DNA of 64,000 nucleotides from an uncultured Planctomycetota bacterium. Its GTDB lineage: Bacteria > Planctomycetota > Planctomycetia > Isosphaerales > Isosphaeraceae. The notes under the pieces are model-generated. The model was given only the letters and a program-made list of their open reading frames with translations, searched no databases and was not told the DNA's origin. Shown here piece after piece: positions 29,600-41,616 of this stretch (positions are counted from its first letter, which is position 1; the number at the start of each line of letters is the position of its first letter). Location: NCBI GenBank assembly GCA_963823665.1, contig CAWGMQ010000008.1, positions 960,001-1,024,000 of the forward strand. Reading direction: 5' to 3'. Position numbers and translations under genes: made by a program.

Positions 29600-31266
29600 T
29601 CAAGGCTGGCCAATCGCCCGGTTCAGCCGAAATTGGGCGCGGTTGTAGGTCAAGACCGAGTCGAGATAATCGGTGCGGGCCGTGACGAGCGCCTGGATGG
29701 GTTGAAGAACCTCGATCGGGCGCGTCGCCCGCGGCAGCTCGGCGCCGTGGCGGATGTTGATCATGTTGAGCTTGAGCGACTCGATCGCCTCGACCACCGT
29801 CTGGCGAGCCTCTTTGATCTGCCGCACGGCCGCCTGCTTGGTCTCGTAAGCCGAGACGACGTCCGCCGCCACCTGGGCCTCCACCTTGAGCTTCTGGATG
29901 TTCGCCTCCTGGTTCTCGAACTTTCGGCGGTGAATGATCGCGGCATCGCCGAAGCCAAGGTTTTGCAGTTCCCAGAACAGGCTGGCCATGACATCGCCGC
30001 GGGCACCGAAATCTCCGAAAAACGAGCCCTGGCCGCCGCCGAATCCACCGCCGGCGTAGCTCACCGCCAGGCTCGGAATAAATGGACGCAGCTTTGCCTG
30101 CTTGAATCGCGCCACCGATGCCTCAACCAGCTCGCGGGCTCCGGCCAGCTCGGGTCGTTGACGCAGGCCTCTGATAATCAGATCATCGAGCGGCACGTCG
30201 TCCGGAATCAGCGTGATGATGGCCTCGGCCGGCTCGATCGGCGCGACTACCGACTGAGGATTGAGCACCAAAAGCCGTATCAGGTTGGCCGAGGCAACCA
30301 GTAACTGGCCGGTATACAACTCAGTGTCCTTACGCCTGTGCTTTAGCTCCGTGAGCGCCCGCCGGTGGTCGGCTTCCAGACCTTCCCCGGTGCGGGCGTA
30401 CGAGCCCGTGATGTCCGAAAGCTCCTTGGCGTTGTTCACAGCCTCCCGATTGATCGCGACGAGCCCGCAGGCTTGCTGGAGATCGAAGTACGCCTCGGCG
30501 ACTTTCAGGATCGCATCGTTGTTCGCTGCGTGCACTCCTGCCTGGCCCGCATTCACGACCCGCTGCGCCGCGATCGGCATGTAGATGGCATCCGAGAATC
30601 GGAACACCGCGCTCGAGCCGTTGAGCGGCGCATAGCCCGTTCCGGGCGAAGCCGCCGCGAAGCCGGGTGCGGTCGTCGCCGCCACTCCGCCAAGGAACAG
30701 CGAGTTACGATTCACGTTTTCAACCTGACCGGTCACCTCCTGGACCTGCCCGTCAGCGCGATACCACGTCGGACCGAGAAAAAGACTGGGCAGCCATTGC
30801 GCCCAGGCGAAGTGCAGGTCGGCGATCGATTGGTTCACCCGCCGGCGGGCGATCGCGATATCGAGCTCGCGCGCACCAGCGAGCCGAAGCGCATTGGCCA
30901 GGTCGATCGGCTCGACCGATCGCCCCGGAATCAGCGATGCGTCCAGCACGGCCGCGACCGTGGCCCCTGTCGGGCTCGAACTTTCGGCTTCCGCGGTTCG
31001 CGGAATCGCCTCCACTGCGGGCACGCCCTGGGAAGAACGAGGCTGCATGGACGGTGAGGCCACCGGCATCGCCGCTGCGCTCGCGGCTGCTGAATCGGGT
31101 GCAATTGCGCCCGCGGGGCGCCGGCGATCGCCGAAAATGGCCGCGGTGGTGGGATCGACGTCCCACTCGATCGCGGCACAACAGTCGTCTGAGCCCAGAC
31201 CGTATCCGCTGGCGCAAAAGCGAGCACGAGCGCTGTCGCCAATCCGGCTCGAACGCAACAAGTCAC
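29600..31266 (-). CDS. TolC family outer membrane efflux protein, probable frameshift near 31085
   Basis: IDLANALRLAGARELDI, KVAEAYFDL, RPELAG, YNRAQFRL; the signal peptide (MTCCVRAGLATALVLAFAPADTVWA-Q) lies in a different frame from the body. Confidence 0.85.
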
Positions 31267-31583
31267 CCATTCACTCCTGGTTTGACCGGACCGCGGGCCC
31301 TGCACCGCAAGCCAACCTTCCCGCGAACCCCGCTGTAGCGACGCCGAAACGATCGCCCAATCCTTTTTTTCGTCACAAAACGGTGAGTTTCTGTGCCTTC
31401 CGCTCCATAAATTCGTCTTCACTTTCCCCAATGCCATCAGTATTAAGGTTTTATGAAGATTGCGTGAATATTGACTGAAGGCTGATCTCTGCGAGAATGA
31501 GGTAACGCACCATTCAGGTGGCAAACGAGCTGCAGCCGCTCGACATCATCCCGATGGACCGCACGCCGTAACATTAAGATTCG

Positions 31584-33014
31584 TTGAGCGTTGCAATCCA
31601 CAGTTGGCCGCGTGCCAGCCAGGAGTGTCCTCATTTGTCAAATCGCAGACGGCGGCTTGGTTACGGGATCTTCGCCATGTGCGCGGCGGTCGCAGCGCTG
31701 GGTGTTGCCGTATTCTTGACGCGCGGCAGGACAGCCGCGCGTGCAGCCAACGTGGCTGCCGAATCAATCCCGCGCGTCGAGCTCGTCAGGCCTTCCGCGG
31801 GCGGCATGCGGCGAACAACCGTTCAGCCCGGCACGGTCATCGGCTTTGAGTCGGTCGACCTTTACGCAATGGTCTCCGGGTACTTGAAGACCCAGTCCGT
31901 CGACATCGGTTCGCGAATCCGCAAGGGCGACGTGCTGGCGGTCATCGACGCTCCGCGCGAGGCCAAGGCGTTCGAAGAAGCCGCCGCGCTCGTGGCGGAG
32001 TCGCAGGCACAGATTGCCCAGGCCCAGGCTCGGATCAAGACGATGGAAGGCGAGCGCGCAGGCGCGGCGGCCGCTGTCAACGAGGCTGAGTCGGATGTCG
32101 ACCGGCTCGTCGCCGCCCGCGATCTCGCTCAGAAACAGCTTACACGGGTGCGAAGTCTGGTCGCCGACCGCGCTGCCGATACGCGTCTGCTGGATGAGAA
32201 TGTTCGCCAGCACGAGACCGCCCTTGCTGCCGAGCGGACCGCGCGGCTCGCCGTCACCACAGCCCGGGCCCAGCTCACGACCGCCAGCGCCAAGGTAGAT
32301 TCCGCTCGTGCCGACCTCACCGAAGCCAGGGCCGCCGTGAGTGTGGCCGAGGCCCGGCTCTCGAGCGCACGCGTGAACGTTCATTACACAAGAATCGTCG
32401 CCCCCTTTGACGGCGTGGTGACTCACCGCGCCTTTCACCCCGGTGCCTTCGTTCGCTCAGCCTCCGAGGGAGGCCAGGCGTCTCTGTTGACGGTGAAGCG
32501 TACCGACTTGATGCGCGTGATCGTGCAGGTTCCCGATCGCGACGTCGTGATCGCGAGCGTGGGAGACCGCGCCGAGTTTGCCGTCGATGCGCTGGGAAGC
32601 CAGACGTTCATCGGAACGCTTTCGCGAATGGCGGAATCCGAAGATCCCATCACGCGAACCATGCGGGTCGAGATTGACCTCGCCAATCCCAAGGGGCTCT
32701 TGCGGGAAGGCATGTACGGCACCGCGACAATCGTGCTCGAGCCCGTCTCGCACAACCTGACCGTGCCGCCTGCGTGTGTCATGGAACATTCCGGCCAGAC
32801 CCACGGAGTCGTCTACGTCGTCCGCGACGGCCTCGCGCATCGCATCGCGGTCGAGCTCGGCGCCGACAACGGCTCATTGGTCGAGGTCCTCTCGGGGATC
32901 AAGCCCGGCGATTCCGTGGTGTCGCGGTGCGGCGTGCCGCTCGAAGACGGCCTCGCCGTCATCGCGGATCGGATTCCAGCGCCGGCCTCCACCACCACGA
33001 CTTCGACTCACTGA
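31584..33014 (+). CDS. RND efflux periplasmic adaptor (MFP) subunit
   Basis: VSGYLKTQSVDIGSRIRKGDVLAVI, coiled-coil hairpin, IVAPFDGVVT, TRTMRVEIDL, LLREGMYG; start uncertain. Confidence 0.92.
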   Translation: MSVAIHSWPRASQECPHLSNRRRRLGYGIFAMCAAVAALGVAVFLTRGRTAARAANVAAESIPRVELVRPSAGGMRRTTVQPGTVIGFESVDLYAMVSGYLKTQSVDIGSRIRKGDVLAVIDAPREAKAFEEAAALVAESQAQIAQAQARIKTMEGERAGAAAAVNEAESDVDRLVAARDLAQKQLTRVRSLVADRAADTRLLDENVRQHETALAAERTARLAVTTARAQLTTASAKVDSARADLTEARAAVSVAEARLSSARVNVHYTRIVAPFDGVVTHRAFHPGAFVRSASEGGQASLLTVKRTDLMRVIVQVPDRDVVIASVGDRAEFAVDALGSQTFIGTLSRMAESEDPITRTMRVEIDLANPKGLLREGMYGTATIVLEPVSHNLTVPPACVMEHSGQTHGVVYVVRDGLAHRIAVELGADNGSLVEVLSGIKPGDSVVSRCGVPLEDGLAVIADRIPAPASTTTTSTH

Positions 33015-36000
33015 CCTCGACCGGCGCCGAGCCTGCGCAGTCCACCGCACGCGTTTCGATCCCCGCCCCACTTGATTCTGCGCCAATTCGAACGGATCGC
33101 ACGACCATGAACGGCTTGATACGCGCCTCGCTCAAGAACCCTATCGCCGTCACGGTGATGATGCTGGCGCTCGTCGTGCTTGGCGGCCTGGCAGCAGCGT
33201 CCATTCCCATCGATATCCTGCCGGTCTTCCGCAGTCCCGCGGTGCAGACCCTGGTGTTCTACAGCGGCATGCCCGCCGCCAGCATCGAGAAGAACATCAC
33301 CGCGCGGCTGGAACGGGGAGTCGGCCAGGCGTCCGGCGGCCGGCGGCTGGAATCACGGTCGATCGTCGGCATCAGCATCGTCCGCGACTACTTCCGCAGC
33401 AATGTCGATCGCAGCGGTGCGCTCACCGAAGTGAATTCGCTCGCGGGCTGGGAGTACCCGACGATGCCGCCGGGCACCTTACCGCCGGTGGTGCTCCCTT
33501 ATGATCCCACGAGCGCGACGCCGGTTTGCCTCGTTGCGCTGGACAGCTCGACCCAGAACGAGGCAACCCTTTTCGACGTGGGGCGGTACGAAGTGCGCCC
33601 GCAGATCATGTCGCAGCCGGGGGCGATCGCGCCGCTCGTCTACGGCGGCAAGGTGCGCGCGATCATGATCTATCTCGATCGCGTCAAGCTCCAGGCACGC
33701 CATCTTTCACCGCTCGACGTGATGAAGGCCGTCGACGACTACAATGTCTTCCTTCCCGCCGGCAGCGCCAAGTTCGGCACGACTGACTACGCCATCGACA
33801 GCAACTCCATGTTCGACCAGGTGGGGCTCATGGAAGAGATTCCGCTTCGCAACGAACACGGCAACGCCGCATTCCTGCGCGACGTGGCGACCCCCAAGGA
33901 CGCCAACTTCATCCAGACGAACGTCGTCCGGGTCAACGGCAAGCGCCAGGTTTACGTCCCGGTGTTCCGGCAGTTGGGAGCGAGCACCCTTCAGGTCGTC
34001 GATACGTTGACAGAGAGCATCGAGACGATCAAGGCCCGATTGACCCGGCCGGGTATCGACTTGAAGGTGGTGATGGACCAGTCGGTCTATGTGCGGCACT
34101 CGATCGAGAGCCTGATCGAGGAAGGCATGCTCGGTGCCGTGCTCTGCTCGCTGGTGATCCTGGTGTTCCTGGGCCAGTGGCGCATGACGTTGATCGCCGT
34201 CTTGACAATTCCGATCGCGGTGCTGGCCGCCCTGATTGGTCTTTACGCCACCTCCAACACGATCAACGTCATGACGCTGGCCGGCCTCTCGCTGGCGATC
34301 GGCCCGATGGTCGATAGCGCCATCATCTGCCTGGAAAACACCCATCGCCACCTCGGCCTGGGCGCATCACCGGAAGAGGCGGCGTTCCATGGTGCCAGCG
34401 AGGTGGCGATGCCGGAGCTCGTCGCCAGCCTTTGCACACTGCTCGTGCTGGCGCCGCTGGCCCTCATGCCCGGGCTTGGCGAGTTCCTGTACCGGCCCAT
34501 GGCGGCCGGCGTGGCATTCGCGATGATTTCCGCCTACATCCTTTCGCGCTCGTTCGTGCCATCCCGGGCGGCGCGCTGGCTCAAGGCCCACGGCAACCAC
34601 GCAAATCATGCTCACGAGCCGGGTGCGGCGGCAGCCGATACCGGCGGAGAAGAGTCGTTTGCAATCGAGCCGATCGCAGAAAAGAAGACCGCGGCCGCCG
34701 GAGCGCTCCGGCGAGCTTTCGCGCGCTGGGAGACGATGATCGATGCCGGAATCGGCTGGTACGTTCGCCAGCTCAACCGCGCCTTGAATCACCGATTACT
34801 GGTGGTGCTGGGCGCGGTCGGGTTGCTCGCCGCGACCCTGGTCGTTCTCGGCCCGCGCCTGCGCCGGGAGTTCTTTCCCGAGGTCGACTCAGGGGCCTTC
34901 GAGATCTACGCCCGGGCCGCGAGCGGCACCCGGATCGAAGAAACGGAGAAGATGATCGCCCGCGTCGAGCAATTCGTGCGGGACAAGCTGGGCGACGACG
35001 TCGAGCTGGTGATCTCGGAGCTTGGGGTGGTTGCCGATTTGTCGGCGGCGTATACCCCCAACGCCGGCCCGATGGACGCGGTCGTGAAGGTTCAACTCAA
35101 GCACGAGCGCGAGCACTCCGCCCAGGAATGCGTGCACATTCTGCGGGACGGCTTCCGGGGCGATCCCAGTTTTCGCGACCTTGAGTTTGCCTTCGATGCC
35201 GGCGGCATGATCCGATCGGCGATGAATGAGGGCAAATCGTCACCGATCAACATTCGCCTCTCGGGCAAGAACATGAAACAGGCCCGCGCGATTGCCGAGA
35301 CGATGAAGCGCGAGGCCGTCGCGATTGATGGCGTGGTGGACGCGCGGATCATTCAGCGCCTGGACTACCCGGAGTACATCATCGACGTCGATCGCGCCAA
35401 GGTGGCCGACCTCGGCCTCAATCAAGCCGAGGTGATGAAAAACGTGGTGGCGGCGCTCAATTCGAGCATTCAGTTTCACAAGAAGAACTTCTGGATCGAC
35501 CCGGTCAGCAAGAACCAGTACTTCGTGGGCGTGCAGTACTTTGAAAAGGAAATTGACTCGGTCGATACGCTGCTCGACATCCCGATCACGAGCACCAAGC
35601 AGGAGAAGGCGATCCCCTTGCGGAACATTGCCAAGCTGCGCCGGGAGTTCGTGCCGACGGAGATCACGCACAACAACCTGCAATCGACGATCGACCTGAC
35701 GATGGGCGTCCATGGCCGCGACTTGGGCCACGTTGCGGCTGACGTTGCCCGCCTGGTCGATCGCTTCGGCGCGTTGCAGCCGAGCGGGGTCTGGTTTCCT
35801 TATGAACCCTCGTCGAATGATCCGAGCAAGCGAACTCTGATCAAGGGCGCGACGATCGAGCTCAGCGGTGAGTATTCGCGAATGCAGGAAACCTTTCGCA
35901 GTCTGGGCTTCGGCCTGATCCTGGCGACGATGCTGATCTACTTCCTGATGGCCGCACTCTTCAAGTCGTACGTGACGCCGCTTGTCATCCTCTTCGCGGT

Positions 36001-36144
36001 GCCGCTGGGTCTTTTCGGCGTCGTGACAATGCTCTACGTTACGGATACAGCCATCAACGTCCAGTCACTTCTGGGTGTGATCTTCATGGTGGGCATCGTG
36101 GTTTCGAATACGGTGTTGCTGATCGATTTCGCCCAGCACCTAAG

Positions 36145-37810
36145 TTCAGGTTTCGCACATTCTGAAGGCGCTTTGCGATCGGCCGAGCCGGCATTTTCGT
36201 GTCACTCGGTTGCTCGCGACGGAGCGGGTGCAGCTTCAGTTAGCCTGGTCGACGCCGATCACGCCACTCGGCTGAGAAGATCGGTGACCTGCGCAAGCCA
36301 GGTTTTTATAGCGCGCTGATCTAAAAGCACTGCGCGAGTTTTTTCTTCAAGGCTAACACGGCGCAGTGTGGTCAATAGATCAGCAAACGAGGGTTCTTGC
36401 TTCCGTTGATACCACGGGCGGATGGGAAATCGGACGAATCGATGTCCGGTCTGGTGGAACCACACTATCACCAAGCTGTAGAGCATCAGCGCCATGGGCG
36501 CGGTACGCCCGACCGCCTTCGGCAGACGATTCGCTGGGTCTTCGAGCCCCAGGAACTGTTTGCAATTCTCGAAGGTGCATTCAATCGCCCAGCGATAGGA
36601 GTACACCGTCAGAATTTGCCGCGCGCTCCAATCAAGCTTGGTGCAGTAGAACATCTGATCGGGGCGTTTCCCTTCCAGATCATGTACCAAGACGATCGTC
36701 AGCTCGCGGTCTCCACCTGCCTTGTAGTAGAGGGCCTTGATCGTTTTGACGGCGAGCCTGGCATGCAACCCGAACTGGTTGAATTTAAGTTCAGTCCAAG
36801 GTTGGCTGGGATCATTGGCCCACTGGGCCATGCTCGGCAGACGGGCACCTTTTTTTCGAGGCGCTCCTTTGCGTCCTTTCTTCTCGACGGGGGCACGCTC
36901 GTAAAGCGCACCCTTGGGATGGACATGGCTGATGAGATGAACGTTCGTCGGCAGATGCGACAGGATGCTCTTGCCCCCATAGGCGCTGTCGCCGGTAAGA
37001 AAGATCTCATCGTCAGGATACCACTGAGCTACCAAGTGGATGAGCTCGCGAGCCAGTTCAGGGCGAGTGCGATGATCAGGATTGGGTTTGCAACCTTTAC
37101 CCCGACCCTTCTTCCCCTTGGTGAGTCCTTGCCGATTGCGGTACAGACGCATGGTGATTGGCAAGGCGAAGACCTTGGTGGGTGCCCAAAACGGGTTCAC
37201 GACGATCAGGCAAAGCACGACCCAGTCGTGGCCCCAACTGACCAGCGACTTGGCGCGACTGGAGATCAGCGGATCGTAGTGCATGCCCGCGCCGTAGAGA
37301 GTCAATCCTCGTTTACGGCAGAGCGTGTCATCGACGGCCCAATACAGGGTAGCACCAGGCGCCAGGATTGAGCCGACCAGTTTGGCCAAGCACAAGGCGA
37401 AGTGATCGGGGTCCCACGCGGCATGACTGAAGAAGCGATGGAACCGACACCAATGGCCGTTGCCAATGTTACCGCTGGCAAAGATGAGCTCGGTCACGTA
37501 ACGATGACGGTGCGAAAGCAACCAACCCGTGACGATTTCAACGAAGGTCAGGAAGGTTGGGGTCGTGAAGACATCGGCGAATTGATGTAGCAGCTCAGTG
37601 AACGAAGCGGTAAGTTCCATTGGTCGGCTTCCTTGCCTGGGTGCCTATTTGGTTTGTAAGCCCCAGACAGGATGCCATACGTGTGCAAGGAAGCCGACAT
37701 CAATTGTCGCGACGCGGCTCTCGCCTTCCGGCGCGGAACAGGTCGCGACGCGGCCGAATCACGCATCAACGTATACGCGGCCAATGCCTGCGAAATGTGC
37801 GAAACCTGAA
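36145..37810 (-). mobile_element. Complete insertion sequence, DDE type (IS701/IS4-like), ~1.67 kb
   Basis: Perfect 17-bp terminal IRs TTCAGGTTTCGCACATT (36145-36161) and AATGTGCGAAACCTGAA (37794-37810), flanked by CTAAG direct repeats (36140-36144, 37811-37815); alternatively an 18-bp IR with a TAA duplication. Confidence 0.95.
36259..37620 (-). CDS. DDE transposase (IS701-like)
   Basis: WAVDDTLCRK, LTGDSAYG and YSYRWAIECTFENCKQFLG (Y-x2-R-x3-E-x6-K signature). Confidence 0.93.
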   Translation of the reverse strand: MELTASFTELLHQFADVFTTPTFLTFVEIVTGWLLSHRHRYVTELIFASGNIGNGHWCRFHRFFSHAAWDPDHFALCLAKLVGSILAPGATLYWAVDDTLCRKRGLTLYGAGMHYDPLISSRAKSLVSWGHDWVVLCLIVVNPFWAPTKVFALPITMRLYRNRQGLTKGKKGRGKGCKPNPDHRTRPELARELIHLVAQWYPDDEIFLTGDSAYGGKSILSHLPTNVHLISHVHPKGALYERAPVEKKGRKGAPRKKGARLPSMAQWANDPSQPWTELKFNQFGLHARLAVKTIKALYYKAGGDRELTIVLVHDLEGKRPDQMFYCTKLDWSARQILTVYSYRWAIECTFENCKQFLGLEDPANRLPKAVGRTAPMALMLYSLVIVWFHQTGHRFVRFPIRPWYQRKQEPSFADLLTTLRRVSLEEKTRAVLLDQRAIKTWLAQVTDLLSRVA

Positions 37811-38244
37811 CTAAGGTTGGATGAGAGTTTATCTCCCGACCAGGCAATTCGCAAAGCGGCGTCGATCCGCGCCCGGCCGGTAGTAATGACAGCCCTGGCC
37901 GCGTTCTTCGCGCTGGTGCCGATGGCGCTGGCGCTGGGCCGAGGCAGCGAGGCAAACGCGCCTCTGGGCCGGGCGGTGATCGGCGGAATTCTGGCTGGCC
38001 TGGTAACGACGCTTTTTGTCGTGCCGTCGCTGTATTCGCTCGTGGTGCGCGATTCGATGAGTGAAGAGGCAGCGTCGGCGTGAACCAATCAAGGCACGTA
38101 GTTGCACCCTCCGAGTCGTGCTATGATGGTTTTCCGAGAGGGGAACTCGAAATGAAGACAATCACCGTGCAGGCCGAGGTCACAGTCGACCAGTTCCCGA
38201 AGATCTGGGTGGAAGCGAATTTCGCCAAATCAGAAAGATAAGAT

Positions 38245-38511
38245 ATGGCCACCGCAGTATCAATTCGCCGGGCGAAGCACGCCGAACCCTTCCGGCCATT
38301 CTCACTACGGCTCGTCGACGGGACTGTCTACGACGTGAAGCATCCCGAGTACATCTCCATTCCACCGACTCGACGGCCGCGGGAGGCGATGTATTACGTC
38401 CTCACGAACGGCGAAGGCGAAGGTTACCAGACGCGCTGGATCGATCTTAACCTGGTCATGGAAGTCATCGTGCCGAGTTCGCCCGACGCGCAGCGGGCGG
38501 TCTCGGAATAA
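38245..38511 (+). CDS. Small hypothetical protein
   Basis: PFRPFSLRLVDGTVYDVKHPEYI, a pattern I associate with small planctomycete proteins. Confidence 0.65.
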   Translation: MATAVSIRRAKHAEPFRPFSLRLVDGTVYDVKHPEYISIPPTRRPREAMYYVLTNGEGEGYQTRWIDLNLVMEVIVPSSPDAQRAVSE

Positions 38512-38627
38512 CCGGTGAGTTCGAGTGGAACAGCCAGCCGCCTGGACGGCCGCCCCCATCTCTTCCCATGCCTTTCGATCGAAGAGCGCGAGCGCCTTGG
38601 CCGCCCATAACGTGTCAGACAGTCCCT

Positions 38628-40148
<1,521 letters not shown>

Positions 40149-40208
40149 TCGTTGCCGTCACGGTCCGCCTGGGGTTTGAGGATCGGCGATTCGAACAACA
40201 GGAATCTA

Positions 40209-41442
40209 CTATCGCAGCTTGTCAATCGCGGAAGCGAGCGGGCCGGCGAAGTCGCCGCGGCGCTCGACGATCACACGTTCAAGCCCGAGCCAGCCCGCCA
40301 TGGTCTTGAGCTCCTTCGCCAGCACCTGCGCCACCGGGCGGGCCTTCGCATGTGATTCGAGGAAGGCCGCTGCGACCACCAGCGTGGAATCGGCGCGACC
40401 GGACTTCAAATCGACGCGAGCGACCAGTCTCTCGCCCAGCAGAAACGGCAGCACATAACAACCCCAGCGCCGTTTCTCCCGGGGCACGAAGATCTCGACG
40501 CGATAGTCGAAGTCGAACAGACGCGCCGCTCGCGATCGGAACCAGATTACCGGGTCAAACGGCGACAACAGGCTTGCCGCGTCAATTCGCTCCGGGATGC
40601 GAGCACCCGGATCAAGGTAGGCGGGCTGCCGCCAGCCCTCGACACGCACTTCGCGCAGCTCACCGGCTTGGACGAGCTCGGCGAGCCGCGGTTGCGCATC
40701 GCGAACGTACATGCGAAAGTAATCGGCGAGGTCGGCTGCGGTCGCGATCCCGCAGCCGCGAGCGGCCACGCGCAGGAGCTCGCGCTCGCCGTGTCGCGCG
40801 ATCGAACAACTTTTCCCGGTGGTCCGTGGGGATGATCCGCTCGGAGAGGTCGTAGACGCGCGTGAAATCGCTTCGCCGATCGGCCACCGCGAGCGCACCG
40901 CGTCCGAAATGCGCTTCGAGAACGGCCCGCCCGACGCTGCTGAACCAGGAATGCTCCAGTCCGCACGCAATGCGGTCACGTCCCGGAAGATCGCCGCCGG
41001 CGATCGGCCCGCGCCGGCTTACTTCTTCGAGCACCCACGCGACATACTCCGGCTCGCTCTCGAGAAACTTCTCGAATCCATAAGGCCGCACCCGGTGAGT
41101 GTCCCTGCGATGGCGGAGCAGGGGCCAGGATTCGACCGGAACGATCGAAGCTTCATGGGCCCACTGCTCGGTGAACTCCCGCCGCCGGTAGACCAGGTCG
41201 TCCAAGAGCGACGTCTTATACGGCCCGAGACGTGAGAAAAGCACCTGGTACTGCGCGGGTGCAAGCACATTGCAGTAGTCGATCTGCAGCAGCCCGAGCT
41301 GGCGAATCACGCGCCTCAGGTCGGCGAGTCCCACGCGGCCGCCTGATCGCCCGCGGTCGAAGCCCTGCGCCGCGAGCGCAACTCGCCGCGCTTCGGCGGC
41401 GGAGAAATCCGTCTGATTCGTCTTTGATAAAAGCCTCGGCAT
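40209..41442 (-). CDS. YcaQ/AlkZ (HTH_42) family crosslink-repair DNA glycosylase, frameshift near 40800
   Basis: EARRVALAAQGF, LLQID, LFSRLGPY, LLSPFDPVIW, FDYRVEIFVP.EKR.WG.YVLPFL. Confidence 0.88.
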
Positions 41443-41616
41443 CGAGTCGTCCCAACGCAACCGCTCCATACGCCCAAGCGACCACTTCCACGGTGCTGGG
41501 CCGCGAGCCGAAAGTCAAGCCCGCGCGGGTTGTCGCAGACCGCTCGTCCGGTGAGAATATTGCCGGCCGAGCGTGTGTGCTTCCCCAAAGAGTCGTTCCG
41601 GTCGCGAGAAAGCATC

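Larger units (their letters stand above)
33107..38083 (+). pseudogene. RND efflux permease (AcrB/CusA family) interrupted by an IS
   Basis: IPIDILP, INVMTLAGL, GPMVDSAII, EFFPEVDSG; removing the IS restores LIDFAQHL-RLDESLSPDQAIRKAASIRARPVVMT. Confidence 0.95.
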
